Source of the DNA: Methanobacteriota archaeon | GTDB lineage: Archaea; Halobacteriota; Bog-38; Methanoflorentales; Methanoflorentaceae | DNA length: 64,000 nt | Reading direction: 5' to 3' | Assembly (NCBI GenBank): GCA_963719035.1 | Contig: CAVRAO010000008.1 | Span: 384,001 to 448,000 of the forward strand | In this document: positions 28,092 through 38,246 of the stretch, one piece after another | How the letters are laid out: the number at the start of each line of letters is the position of its first letter | Position numbering within the stretch: position 1 is the first letter of the stretch | The notes under the pieces: model-generated | Told to the model about the DNA's origin: nothing | Seen by the model: only the letters and a program-made list of their open reading frames with translations | The model's database searches: none | Program-made: the position numbers and the translations under genes

Positions 28092-29345
28092 ATGGACGTC
28101 GAGGACGTAACGCGATCGGTGAGGGCTCATCACAAGTGGTTCAGCGAATCCCTCCCGATGATCGCGAGTGAGAATGTCACTAGTCCTGCCGTGCGTCAGC
28201 TTTTAGCATCCGATTTCGGCCATCGATACGCCGAGGGTAAGGTTGGCCACCGGTACTACCAAGGGGTTAAGTACATCGACGAGGTCGAACAATGCGCCAT
28301 CGACTTAGCCCTCAAACTGTTCAGAGCTGAGCACGTTAACGTACAACCCATCTCGGGCGTAAACGCGAATATTGCTGCTTTTTTTGCCCTTTCAAGCCAA
28401 AATGATGTGCTAATGGCACTTGACACCTCTCACGGTGGTCACATAAGCCACGGGACGAAGTCCGGTCCGGGTATTCGTCACCTGAGGATCGTCAAACATC
28501 CCTTCGACTACGAAGAGATGAATATCGACACAGATGCGATGGTGTCGACGATTTATGAAAAGAAGCCCAAAATCATACTCTTTGGGGCGAGCTTGTTTCT
28601 CTTCCCACACCCGGTCAAAGAAGCGTGCGATGCCGCACGTGACGTCGGCGCCACAATCGTGTACGATTCCGCACACGTGCTCGGCCTCATCGCGGGCGAG
28701 CAGTTCCAGGACCCACTCAACGAAGGAGTTGATGTGATGACCGGTTCGACGCATAAGACGTTTCCTGGACCCCAACACGGAATAATCTTTACTACGCGCG
28801 CACTCGCCGACGCGATCGATGACGCTGTGTTTCCGGGAACCGTCAGCAACCACCACTTGCATCACGTCGCGGGTCTCGCGGTCACGCTCGTGGAAATGCT
28901 TGAATTCGGGAAGGCCTATGCACAGCAGACAATCAGGAATGCAAAGACGCTCGGTGAGGCGCTCCACAACCATGAGTTCAACGTGCTGTGTCCTGAAAAA
29001 GAATTCACGGAGTCTCATCAGATCGTATTGGACGTAGGGCGCGCAAGTGTTTTAGCGGCTGCTCTCGAAAAGGCGAACATAATAGCCAACAAGAATCTGT
29101 TACCGTGGGATAATCATAATGATCCAGAAAATCCTTCAGGGATTCGATTTGGAACGCAAGAGCTGACAAGATTAGGAATGAAAGAGTCTGAGATGAAAGT
29201 AGTGGCAGGACTTGTCGCTCGCGTACTTAACGGCGAAGCACCCGAAAAGGTTAAAAAAGATGTGGTAGAGTTTAAAAATAACTATCAGGAGGTCGAATAC
29301 TGCTTCAGCCATGAGCTTGGAGCTTACCAATTCCCCCCTTGGTAG
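28092..29345 (+). CDS. glyA: Serine hydroxymethyltransferase
   Basis: IASEN, YAEG, NVQP.SG..AN, HGGHISH, STHKTFPGP. Confidence 0.97.
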   Translation: MDVEDVTRSVRAHHKWFSESLPMIASENVTSPAVRQLLASDFGHRYAEGKVGHRYYQGVKYIDEVEQCAIDLALKLFRAEHVNVQPISGVNANIAAFFALSSQNDVLMALDTSHGGHISHGTKSGPGIRHLRIVKHPFDYEEMNIDTDAMVSTIYEKKPKIILFGASLFLFPHPVKEACDAARDVGATIVYDSAHVLGLIAGEQFQDPLNEGVDVMTGSTHKTFPGPQHGIIFTTRALADAIDDAVFPGTVSNHHLHHVAGLAVTLVEMLEFGKAYAQQTIRNAKTLGEALHNHEFNVLCPEKEFTESHQIVLDVGRASVLAAALEKANIIANKNLLPWDNHNDPENPSGIRFGTQELTRLGMKESEMKVVAGLVARVLNGEAPEKVKKDVVEFKNNYQEVEYCFSHELGAYQFPPW

Positions 29346-30057
29346 ATTATTTTGCAATGGAAGTGCAATACTGATCGTTTTCGATATGGATGGCACACTC
29401 ATCGATGGCGAGACAATCGATGAGTTGGCAAAAGCTGCCAATGTCGGAGACCTTGTGGCGGGACTCACAAAGCGCGCCATGAGGGGCGAGATGGATTATG
29501 AAGAGGCCTTAAGAGAACGCGTAAAGCTCTTAAAAGGTCTTAAAGTAGCGGAGGTCAATAAAGTAGCCTCAGAGCTCCCTCTTATGAAAGGGGCTCAAGA
29601 GCTCATCCGGGAGCTTAAGAAAGAGTATAAGATCGCAATGGTTTCTGGAGGGTTTACCATCGTTGCCCGCACGGTAGCTCAAGAACTCGGAATTGACTGT
29701 CTGATTGCCAATGAACTCGTTATAAGGGACGGGGTTTTGACAGGAGACGTTGTTGGACCGTTAGTGCACCAAAACTCCAAAAAGGAGGCACTAGAGGCCA
29801 TTGCCAGGAGGGAGGGGATACGCCCCGAGGACTGTATTGTGATTGGAGACGGGGCAAACGACATCTCAATGTTTGAAGCTGCCGGGTTTTCCATAGCATT
29901 TAACGCAAGTCCAATTCTGTATGATATTGCGGACATCGTCATTATGCAGAAGGACCTCACCATGATACTGCCGATATTCAAGAGAGGAGTGCATGCTGAA
30001 AGAATTGCAGGAAAAAAAAGCCTTGTTAAAAAAGGAAGCCGACGTCTCAAAGCTTGA
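29311..30057 (+). CDS. serB: Phosphoserine phosphatase (start uncertain)
   Basis: FDMDGTLID.E.ID, T.RAM.GE, VSGGF, GDGAND. Confidence 0.93.
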   Translation: MSLELTNSPLGRLFCNGSAILIVFDMDGTLIDGETIDELAKAANVGDLVAGLTKRAMRGEMDYEEALRERVKLLKGLKVAEVNKVASELPLMKGAQELIRELKKEYKIAMVSGGFTIVARTVAQELGIDCLIANELVIRDGVLTGDVVGPLVHQNSKKEALEAIARREGIRPEDCIVIGDGANDISMFEAAGFSIAFNASPILYDIADIVIMQKDLTMILPIFKRGVHAERIAGKKSLVKKGSRRLKA

Positions 30058-30853
30058 GCGTAACCGGCTTAACGCAGAAGCAAGTCAGTTCGCTACGAGA
30101 CGTGACGAGTTGAACACGAAGACCCGAGCTTTGATAGACAGCGCACAGCAGTCCAAAGACAAGCGAGATGAGTTCAACAAACTTGTTTCAGAGAACAAGG
30201 AAAAGCGGGACAGCATTAATGAGCAAGCGAACAACCTTCTCGCCAAAGCAGACCAGATTAAGAGAAAGTTTAGAGTCTCAGGCGGACTTTCGCTTAGCGA
30301 GCTCAAGCGGGAAATTGACCACCTTGAATTTAGGCAGCAGACGGAAGTTGTGAGTACAGAAAAAGAGCGTGAGCTTGTAGATCACATCGCCCACCTCTGG
30401 GAGGAGTACAGAAAGAAGCGGGTAGAGCTTGAAAACAACACTGAACTCAAAGAGGCGTTGGAAAAGGCGCACCAGCTCCGGGAAGAGGCAAGCGAATTTC
30501 ACAAGCAGCTTACGGATAACGCAGATCGTGCGCAGGAATGCCACGAAAAGATGCTCAAATGCTTCAAGGAAGCAGACACGGTTCGCGCCGAAGCTGATGT
30601 CGCGCATAAAGAGTTTGTGCGCGCACAAGAGAGTGCGGATGAGCAGCATCAAAAGTACATAAAAATGGAAAAGGAATTAAGAGACTACGACAAGATTATA
30701 TCGAGTCTCAAAAAGCGAACCAAAGAAGCCCGTGAAACTCGCGAGAGGGGCGACGTGCTTAAACGAGCTGAGGAGGTTTACGCTATGTTTAAAGACGGGC
30801 AAAAACTCGAGACAGATGATCTCCTCCTTCTACAGCGCTCCGGCCTCCTATAA
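29993..30853 (+). CDS. Archaeal coiled-coil protein (COG1340 type)
   Basis: Long heptad pattern, LEF.QQT..S.EKE.ELV, C-terminal G.KL.T.DLLLLQ; AGGAGTG SD. Confidence 0.85.
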   Translation: MLKELQEKKALLKKEADVSKLERNRLNAEASQFATRRDELNTKTRALIDSAQQSKDKRDEFNKLVSENKEKRDSINEQANNLLAKADQIKRKFRVSGGLSLSELKREIDHLEFRQQTEVVSTEKERELVDHIAHLWEEYRKKRVELENNTELKEALEKAHQLREEASEFHKQLTDNADRAQECHEKMLKCFKEADTVRAEADVAHKEFVRAQESADEQHQKYIKMEKELRDYDKIISSLKKRTKEARETRERGDVLKRAEEVYAMFKDGQKLETDDLLLLQRSGLL

Positions 30854-30877
30854 GCTTCAGGCTCATTGCAAGGAAGA

Positions 30878-32044
30878 ATGAAACTGGTCTTGTGCATCGA
30901 TCGCGACAACGATCTGGGATCAAAAGCCCACCTTCAGTGTCCGATCATCGGGCGGGAAGGCAACGTCAACGCAGCGTTACAGCTCGGACTGATCGATCCT
31001 GAAGACTCTGACGTAAACGCTATTTTTGAAGGCATTCGTGTTTATGATGATTTAAAGTCAGAAGGAATCGAAGCCGAGATCGCGTCTATAGCAGGCAACG
31101 AAGATGTTGGCTTAAAATCAGACCAGATCCTCGCAAAGCAGCTTGACCATGTCCTTAGCAGGGTTAACGCAACGAGTGTAATCATCGTTACCGACGGCGC
31201 AGAAGATGAATTTATACTGCCCATCGTTCAGTCCCGCATTCAAATTGATGGCATAAAACGCGTCGTTATACGTCAGTCTGAAAGCCTTGAAAGTACCTAT
31301 TACACGATTAAGAAGCTCTTCGAGGATCCAAAGATTGCGAACTATTTTTTCATCCCTGTCGGACTTACGCTCATTTTATTTGCGATATTCTCTTTTGCGC
31401 AGCACCCTGAAGGTGCCCTCATTGTGATAAGCGCATTCATTGGCATATACCTTCTTTTTCGAGGGTTTGGGCTTGATGATGCTCTTGAAGGCATTGCCCA
31501 AAGTGTGAAGTCTTCGTTTTATGGAGGCAATATCTCGTTTGTTACGTATATGGTGGCCCTTGCACTGGGAATTATCGGAACAGCACAAGGCATTATCACG
31601 ACCTTGAGTTTGGACTTCAGCGTTTATGGCGGCGTGCTCACTGTCGCTGTCTTTATCAATACTGCCGTGTGGTGGTTCGTTGCAGCAGGGGTGATCCTGA
31701 CTATCGGCCGAATCATCGACGCTTATCTAAACGACACAAAACACGCATGGCGATACGTGGAAATTCCTTTTTTCATATTTTCGACCGGTCTAATGCTATG
31801 GAGCGCAAGTATCCTCATATTAGCACTTGGAGGGAAGCCAATTCCCGTGCTCAACCCAGCGGACGTTTTATTAATTCAGACTTCAAGGAGTATCGAAATC
31901 ATCACAGGCTTCCAACTGCTTTTGTTTTCAGTTGCCGGCGCTATCATTATCGCCTTGACTGGCATCGCCATAGCTTCGCTGATAAAAAGAGGGCAAGAGC
32001 CGCCTATCGCGCAACAAGGCTCACCCAGTTCAAGTGATAAGTAA
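30878..32044 (+). CDS. DUF373 family membrane protein
   Basis: LVLCIDRDNDLG.K, DPEDSD.N, VTDGAEDE, multiple TMs. Confidence 0.88.
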   Translation: MKLVLCIDRDNDLGSKAHLQCPIIGREGNVNAALQLGLIDPEDSDVNAIFEGIRVYDDLKSEGIEAEIASIAGNEDVGLKSDQILAKQLDHVLSRVNATSVIIVTDGAEDEFILPIVQSRIQIDGIKRVVIRQSESLESTYYTIKKLFEDPKIANYFFIPVGLTLILFAIFSFAQHPEGALIVISAFIGIYLLFRGFGLDDALEGIAQSVKSSFYGGNISFVTYMVALALGIIGTAQGIITTLSLDFSVYGGVLTVAVFINTAVWWFVAAGVILTIGRIIDAYLNDTKHAWRYVEIPFFIFSTGLMLWSASILILALGGKPIPVLNPADVLLIQTSRSIEIITGFQLLLFSVAGAIIIALTGIAIASLIKRGQEPPIAQQGSPSSSDK

Positions 32045-32079
32045 TCGTCAACATACAATCCCGACGCTATATCCGACGA

Positions 32080-33054
32080 TTAATCGCAGCCTCGCATCAG
32101 ACTCAGAACATCACTTAATATTGCGCTTGCTGTCTCAATCGAGCCCGCTCCTTTACCGGCGACGGTGATCTCGCCTGCCGTATCAGTTAGAATAGACGCG
32201 GCGTTGAGCGTGCCGCTCACATTGAGTGGATGTCCCAACGGTATCAACTTTGGAGAAACCGTGAGCTCCTGAACGTCGCCAATGAGTTTTACTACAAATC
32301 CTCGCTGTCGCGCAAGTTGCAGTGCGTCTTGCGTGATCCGATCTATGCCTGTTACACTAACGTCTGCAAATGTGACGTGACGATTAAAAAACGCATTTGC
32401 AAGTATGACAACCTTGCAGGCGGTGTCAATGCCAGCCACGTCATACGTCGGATCTGCTTCAGCGATGCCCATATCTTGCGCTTCGCTCAAGACTTGATCG
32501 TATTCAAGGGCCTCCTCAGCCATTCGAGTGAGGATGTAATTACACGTGCCATTGAGCACTCCTCGTATTCCGAGTACTTGCGTGCCTGCAAGGGTGTCGC
32601 GTATAAGGTTGATTATAGGCATCGCCCCGCCGACAGTCGCCTCGTACCGCAACGCTACCCCTTGTGTACGAGCCAGTTGCGTTAACTCCCCAAATGCAGC
32701 GACTAGAGGGCCTTTGTTTGAGGTAACTACATTTCGCTTGTTTTTAAGCGCTTCACGAAAGTGCGTCAAACCTGGCTCCCCATTTTCAATATTCGTCGGT
32801 GTTACCTCTACGACAACGTCGGTGTCTATAGTTCGTATGACGTCGAGCGCGGTTAGATTAGAATTTGCGATGGACTTACCCGCTCGTTTGCGCGCAAGCA
32901 CGTCCTCTAAGTCAGGCGTGAGCGCAACCCCTTTTGAATCGGCAATGGCTACAACTTCCAATTGAGGCACGTTTTGCACAACTCGTGCAACTCCTTGCCC
33001 TACGGCCCCAAATCCAACGATAGCTACTTTAAAGGGAGACGAGCTATTCTGCAT
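32080..33054 (-). CDS. hom: Homoserine dehydrogenase
   Basis: GFGAVG, TSNKGP, YEATVGGAMP, NGTCNYIL, AEADP..DV.G.D. Confidence 0.95.
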   Translation of the reverse strand: MQNSSSPFKVAIVGFGAVGQGVARVVQNVPQLEVVAIADSKGVALTPDLEDVLARKRAGKSIANSNLTALDVIRTIDTDVVVEVTPTNIENGEPGLTHFREALKNKRNVVTSNKGPLVAAFGELTQLARTQGVALRYEATVGGAMPIINLIRDTLAGTQVLGIRGVLNGTCNYILTRMAEEALEYDQVLSEAQDMGIAEADPTYDVAGIDTACKVVILANAFFNRHVTFADVSVTGIDRITQDALQLARQRGFVVKLIGDVQELTVSPKLIPLGHPLNVSGTLNAASILTDTAGEITVAGKGAGSIETASAILSDVLSLMRGCD

Positions 33055-33574
33055 TGTTCTGACCTCCAGCAAATCCGCTCCCATCGATTGGCACGATAAC
33101 TAGCAAATCCTTGCGATCAGCGATATCTTTGAGAAGTGCGATTGCCTTTTTTAGTTCCTCATCTCCAGTAGCCATTACTGTAACAATCGCTGACGAAGGA
33201 CCGTCGATAGCGGGCATTGAAAGACTGAGGTCTTGAACTTCAGCAAACCCCGTGCCATCAATTTTATCAATCGTTTGCCTCAAGTCAGTATGAATGATGT
33301 GTCCAATGAGCAAGATGTGTGCCCTCGCGCGTAGCCTCATCTTGCCTATCCGCACGATCGTCACGCCGTTCTTTTCAAGTCCTTCCTGAAGCTCTTCGAT
33401 CTTGCGTTCTTCGATATCAAAAATCACGTACACCGGCACCGTATTGCGAAACGTTTTCTTATCGTGATGGTGAACGATGCTTAGAACGTTGCCGCCGAGG
33501 TCGGACACGGGAGTTAACACGTGTATGAGCTGACCAGGTCTGTCTTGCAGCTCCAAATCCATCGAAATTCTCAT
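33044..33574 (-). CDS. ACT-domain protein (homoserine dehydrogenase-associated regulator)
   Basis: LEL.D.PGQL..L.P....GGN..SI.H, LIGH..HTD; overlaps hom. Confidence 0.85.
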   Translation of the reverse strand: MRISMDLELQDRPGQLIHVLTPVSDLGGNVLSIVHHHDKKTFRNTVPVYVIFDIEERKIEELQEGLEKNGVTIVRIGKMRLRARAHILLIGHIIHTDLRQTIDKIDGTGFAEVQDLSLSMPAIDGPSSAIVTVMATGDEELKKAIALLKDIADRKDLLVIVPIDGSGFAGGQNNAE

Positions 33575-33629
33575 ATTCTCACTCCAAACTTGAGTATATT
33601 AATATGCATTGATCTAATAACCCTTTTCC

Positions 33630-34181
33630 ATGGTAGCGTTAGAGTACGACATGTTGTCGGGCGTCATGCACAGGCGCCGTTCTGTACGACGGTATTCGCG
33701 AGAGACGATAAGCGAAGCGCTGCTCGATAAGCTTCTCAAAGCCGCACAGCTCGCGCCTTCCGCTGGTAACCTGCAAGCGCGTGACTTTGTTGTCGTACGA
33801 GACCCCAATATGAAGCACGAACTCGCTGAAGCGGCTTACGGGCAGTTCTTTATCGCAATGGCCCCGCTAGTGCTCGTCGGTTGCGCGAACATAGCGCGGT
33901 CGCACATTGCGTACGGACAACGTGCTGAGCTTTACGCAGTCCAAGACGCCACCATCGCTGCCAGCTATATACAACTCACAGCAGAAGCACTGGGCGTTGC
34001 GACGTGCTGGATAGGTGCGTTCGACGAAAAACGGGTTTCAAGCGCGTTAAAAATACCGCTCGATATTCGACCTGTTCTCATGCTTCCTATTGGATATGCT
34101 GAAGAGGCGCCAGAGCCTACCGCACGAATGGGGCTCAGTCAGTTCACTCATCAAGAGCTCTGGAGCTCATACGGCACATAA
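33630..34181 (+). CDS. Nitroreductase family protein
   Basis: RRSVR.Y, APSAGNLQ, QD..IA, G..TCWIGAF. Confidence 0.9.
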   Translation: MVALEYDMLSGVMHRRRSVRRYSRETISEALLDKLLKAAQLAPSAGNLQARDFVVVRDPNMKHELAEAAYGQFFIAMAPLVLVGCANIARSHIAYGQRAELYAVQDATIAASYIQLTAEALGVATCWIGAFDEKRVSSALKIPLDIRPVLMLPIGYAEEAPEPTARMGLSQFTHQELWSSYGT

Positions 34182-34280
34182 TTGTCGCTCATCGCTTCTT
34201 TCTAACATAGCGTTTTGAGTGACGCCCTGAGATGACCGAGCATTTATTAGCCAAGCCGTATTATTCGTCAATAGTCTTAT

Positions 34281-35873
34281 ATGGAGCAGCAAAACGCTGA
34301 CGCTTGTGCCGAAATCATTCACGGCATCCTCAACGGCCAGATAACGCGCCAAAATTTGCAGCAGTCGAAAATAGAGGTAGCACGGCGCTATCGTTCTGCC
34401 TCGTTGCTGACGAACACGCAAATCTATGGGGCAGCGACGGCCCAAATCAGATACAAACTGACTGACGTGCTGCAACGGAAGCCAACGAGAACCGCGTCAG
34501 GCGTCGCAGTCATCGCAGTAATGACTTCTCCTTATCCATGTCCTCACGGCAAATGCGTACCGTGTCCTGGGGGACCTGAATTTTGCGTGCCTCAAAGTTA
34601 TACCGGTCTCGAGCCCGCAGCAAAACGAGCAATTCAACACGGATTTGATCCTTACAGGCAAGTTAAAGCTCGTCTAAGCCAGTTGCGCCAGATTGGACAC
34701 CCCACTGACAAGGCGGAACTGATTGTCATGGGCGGCACGTTTACCGCGCGTCCGCACGATTATCAAGAGTGGTTCGTCGGGCGGTGCATACAAGCAATGA
34801 ACGATTTCCCTCAAGCGGACGCCGCTAGCTCTCCTCGCTTAAACGATGTCTTTTCGAGTAACGCATGCGCATCAACGAGAAACGTAGGAGTGACCTTCGA
34901 AACACGGCCTGATTATGCAAAACAACGTCACGTCGATGAAATGTTGTCCCTGGGGGGGACCAAGGTTGAGCTCGGCCTTCAGAGTACCTCAGATCAAATC
35001 CTCGCCTCTATCCAACGAGGGCATACGGTTGCTGATGCTGTAGAAGCAAATCGGGCGTGCCGCAATAGCGGCTTAAAGGTTGGATTCCACGTCATGCCGG
35101 GGCTGCCAGGCTCAGACTGCAAATCTGATCTTACAATGTTTCGAGAATTGTTCACGGACGAACGGTTTTGTCCCGATTACCTTAAGATATACCCGACGCT
35201 TGTGACAGAGGGAACTGTCTTGCACGAGCTGTGGAAGCGCGGCGATTACGACTCTTTTGATCTGACCGATGCTGTTGAGTTAATTGCTCGAGTGAAAGCG
35301 CTGCTCCCTAAATGGGTGAGACTACAGCGCGTGCAGAGAGATATCCCGGCTTATCGAATTGTCAGCGGCGTCAAAAAAAGCAACTTACGGCAGCTGGCCA
35401 AGCAGCGCTTGCTCGAACTCGGTGGCGACTGCAGCTGTATACGTTGCCGAGAGATTGGACTTCGCGGCGTTACTCAAGTGGAGAGCGTCGAAAGACGCGT
35501 TGAGAAATATCGGGCCTGCAAGGGCATTGAGTACTTTATTTCAAGCGTCGGTCTACTTGGCGATATGGAGTGCCTTATCGGTTTCGCACGGTTACGTCTT
35601 CCGTACCAGTCTGAGAGGCCCGAAATAACGGCTGAAACGGGGCTAATCAGAGAGCTACATGTATACGGGAATTTAGCAATGCTAGGCGAGCGGCATGAAA
35701 AAAAGTGGCAACATCGCGGATTTGGAGCTCAACTGCTGCAAACTGCTGAAAGTATTGCAGCAGACGCCGGTATGCAAAGGCTTGCGATAAATAGCGCAAT
35801 CGGAGTTCGTGATTACTATAGAATCAAGGGTTATGTTCTTGATGGCCCGTATATAACGAAAACACTCTCATAG
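34281..35873 (+). CDS. elp3: tRNA uridine(34) acetyltransferase Elp3
   Basis: CPHGKC..CPGG, ETRPD, LKIYPT, IRELHVYG, QHRG.G. Confidence 0.96.
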   Translation: MEQQNADACAEIIHGILNGQITRQNLQQSKIEVARRYRSASLLTNTQIYGAATAQIRYKLTDVLQRKPTRTASGVAVIAVMTSPYPCPHGKCVPCPGGPEFCVPQSYTGLEPAAKRAIQHGFDPYRQVKARLSQLRQIGHPTDKAELIVMGGTFTARPHDYQEWFVGRCIQAMNDFPQADAASSPRLNDVFSSNACASTRNVGVTFETRPDYAKQRHVDEMLSLGGTKVELGLQSTSDQILASIQRGHTVADAVEANRACRNSGLKVGFHVMPGLPGSDCKSDLTMFRELFTDERFCPDYLKIYPTLVTEGTVLHELWKRGDYDSFDLTDAVELIARVKALLPKWVRLQRVQRDIPAYRIVSGVKKSNLRQLAKQRLLELGGDCSCIRCREIGLRGVTQVESVERRVEKYRACKGIEYFISSVGLLGDMECLIGFARLRLPYQSERPEITAETGLIRELHVYGNLAMLGERHEKKWQHRGFGAQLLQTAESIAADAGMQRLAINSAIGVRDYYRIKGYVLDGPYITKTLS

Positions 35874-36160
35874 CCGTCACAAACGTTAGCTAGAGACGAT
35901 ATTCAAACCCACGCGGTGAAGTAGATCCAATCGGATTACGTTTCCAATATCCCTTTAAGGGATTGAGGCGCGGCCTCGAATGGTCTTCTGTCTCTGCAAA
36001 TTAAAACTATCGAAAACGCGAAAAGCTATTTAGCCTCGCCTTAACACGATTTTTGCCGACTTAGCGCCACTCACCGAAAAATGTAGGTGTTACCGGGCAA
36101 GGTTTAAGATTTCTCAGGCTGTCTAGTGCATAAGCGCTGAGTGACTGTGGAGAGAGTAAC

Positions 36161-36496
36161 ATGGCGATCAAATTCACTGACGGCGAAGGAATGGATACAG
36201 TGACAACTGAGAATGGATTTGTATTTGACCGTTATTTTTCTATAGTAAATGAAGATGCGTTCAACGCGTACTCGAGCTTCATCTATCTGGTCGTCAAACG
36301 ACTTAATGGACCGCAATCCATTCTTATAAGAAGAAACGCGTATCTCGTTCCATTCGCTCTCCTCGACGAGTTTTTAAAATCGGCAAATCTGGAAGGAGAG
36401 AAGATCGTGCACATCGAACCGCTTGCTATGGAAATGGTGAGTTTCATAAGAGAAGAATTAAGAAAGGATCACGTGTCAACACAGGACCAACCTTAA
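36161..36496 (+). CDS. Hypothetical protein
   Basis: 111-aa ORF, no motif recognised. Confidence 0.55.
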   Translation: MAIKFTDGEGMDTVTTENGFVFDRYFSIVNEDAFNAYSSFIYLVVKRLNGPQSILIRRNAYLVPFALLDEFLKSANLEGEKIVHIEPLAMEMVSFIREELRKDHVSTQDQP

Positions 36497-36638
36497 GTAA
36501 AAGCCGCGCACTTCGTTGCACAGTGCCTGTGTAGCAGTTCTTACATGCGCTGGTGCAAGAACTTATTTATGTTGAAGTTAGAGATCATAGTGATCTTTAG
36601 CAACAGGAGGGCCTAGAATTCGTATCTCACGCGTTATT

Positions 36639-37004
36639 GTGTTGTTTTTGCTAATTTCTATTACAATACTCACGTCAACAGTAGTTTATTCGCAGGGACA
36701 GCAAATCCTCTTGGCTGAACCTGGAGCCGCGAATCAAACGTCAACGCCGACTCCAACGCCGACTCCAACGCCGACTGCTACGCCAACGCCGACTGCAACG
36801 CCGACTCCTACGCCAACGCCGACTGCAACGCCGACTCCTACGCCAACGTCGACTGCAACGTCAACGCCGACAGGAAATCAAAATGAGCCATCGAACCAAA
36901 CGGGGGGCGGAGGCGCTGATCCTACGCTTGTAGGCGCAGCAATAGTCGGGATTATTGCGGTTGGGCTTATGGTTGGCATCTACCTTACTACGAGGAGGAT
37001 GTAA
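36639..37004 (+). CDS. Small membrane-anchored protein that is mostly a Pro-Thr linker
   Basis: Signal peptide, (TP)n tract, C-terminal TM plus RR. Confidence 0.7.
   Translation: MLFLLISITILTSTVVYSQGQQILLAEPGAANQTSTPTPTPTPTPTATPTPTATPTPTPTPTATPTPTPTSTATSTPTGNQNEPSNQTGGGGADPTLVGAAIVGIIAVGLMVGIYLTTRRM
36738..36871 (+). repeat. Tandem repeat encoding (TP/TA)n
   Basis: Iterated acgccgact(cca/gca/cct) units. Confidence 0.9.
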
Positions 37005-37051
37005 ACACGCAGCGGGCACGCGATCGATATATCGACGTCAATAAGAGCGAT

Positions 37052-37393
37052 GTGTACGGTCGAATTCTTGAGCTCGATCTTAGAAAAATGGAAAAGCGCC
37101 ACGAACGCCACATTTGGCACGTAAAATCGATGTGGGGTGGCGTTGCGGGTATACTGCTTGCCGTTTATATCTTGATGACCGCACAATACCTAAACGGTAA
37201 CCCCCTGTTAGTGCGAAGTAACAACTATGTATTAGCCGGTGGAGCGCTTCTTATTTCGATTGCCCTGTGCTACGGGCTTATGTGGATTGGTGTGATCCGC
37301 GAATATAAGAAATTTGAGCGCGTGATCAATGACAAAATCAGGTACTATGAAAAGCTTATAAACGTGCCATCAAACGCCGACATAAGTGACTAG
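37052..37393 (+). CDS. Two-TM hypothetical protein
   Basis: Two hydrophobic helices. Confidence 0.55.
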   Translation: MYGRILELDLRKMEKRHERHIWHVKSMWGGVAGILLAVYILMTAQYLNGNPLLVRSNNYVLAGGALLISIALCYGLMWIGVIREYKKFERVINDKIRYYEKLINVPSNADISD

Positions 37394-37653
37394 TACCGCT
37401 TGCCAAAATCCCACGAATCGTGATCGTCGTGGGTAAGATCCTTATAGTCTAACTCACCCCGGTCTTTTCGTTGGTCTTTGGGGATGATTAGTGAGGCCCC
37501 CCTAATCAAAACGATTCCAATGACGATAAGAACGAGAGCAAAAAGGACAATTACGGAAATATTGAAAGTGCTCAGGAGGATTCCAAGGATCCCAAGCTCT
37601 GAGAGAATTACGAACACTCCTAAGATTACCAGAAGTGCGCCGAGGAAATACAC
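37390..37653 (-). CDS. Two-TM hypothetical protein
   Basis: Hydrophobic N-term, acidic tail; AGGTG SD. Confidence 0.6.
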   Translation of the reverse strand: MYFLGALLVILGVFVILSELGILGILLSTFNISVIVLFALVLIVIGIVLIRGASLIIPKDQRKDRGELDYKDLTHDDHDSWDFGKRY

Positions 37654-37685
37654 TAAAAAAGCACCTAGTCTCGTGACACGGCCTC

Positions 37686-37928
37686 CTATGTTCCAGCCGC
37701 CAAATCTCCGATTAGTCCGACGACTTCTTTGAAACTTCTTATCTGTATTGGACCGTAGACCTTATCTAACAAGAGCGAGTTTGCGTTGCGGCCAATGACA
37801 ACTGCCGTATGGCCCTTATTACGTATTTCGATGGTCAACCCCTCATCGTCAAGCGCGCGCGCAGCAGCGCCGAACGTCTTGAGCGCAGAAAGTGCGTTAT
37901 TTATCATATCTAGCCCGTATTCTTGCAC
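37686..37928 (-). CDS. Small hypothetical protein
   Basis: 80 aa, directly abuts the upstream ORF. Confidence 0.6.
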   Translation of the reverse strand: MQEYGLDMINNALSALKTFGAAARALDDEGLTIEIRNKGHTAVVIGRNANSLLLDKVYGPIQIRSFKEVVGLIGDLAAGT

Positions 37929-38168
37929 TTACCCAGTCAGGTCACGAAACTGTTTTACCAACTGGCCAAGATGTTCAGGTTCTACGATATCCAAAGAAAC
38001 AGTTGTTCCTTCGTCCTCAACTCTGACCTCAATAGCAGGATCGTTGCGTACCTTCAATACGAGTTTCGTCTCATTTTGATAAATTATCTGCAAATAATCC
38101 TTGCTTGCTCGTACAATCTCGCGTATTCGCTCCGAATCCATAAATCCCTCTGGCATAAAAGTCACCAC
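37929..38168 (-). CDS. Small hypothetical protein
   Basis: 79 aa; TATA-like element upstream. Confidence 0.55.
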   Translation of the reverse strand: MVTFMPEGFMDSERIREIVRASKDYLQIIYQNETKLVLKVRNDPAIEVRVEDEGTTVSLDIVEPEHLGQLVKQFRDLTG

Positions 38169-38246
38169 TTTATATCAATCCAATTAGATATAAGCTATAC
38201 CCGTGCGCCGTAACCTTACGCACTACCCTTCACAAAAAACGACGCG

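Noticed and set aside
36738-36871. Possible CRISPR-like array
   Set aside because: Short in-frame units without unique spacers; encodes a Pro-Thr linker; no cas genes in the window
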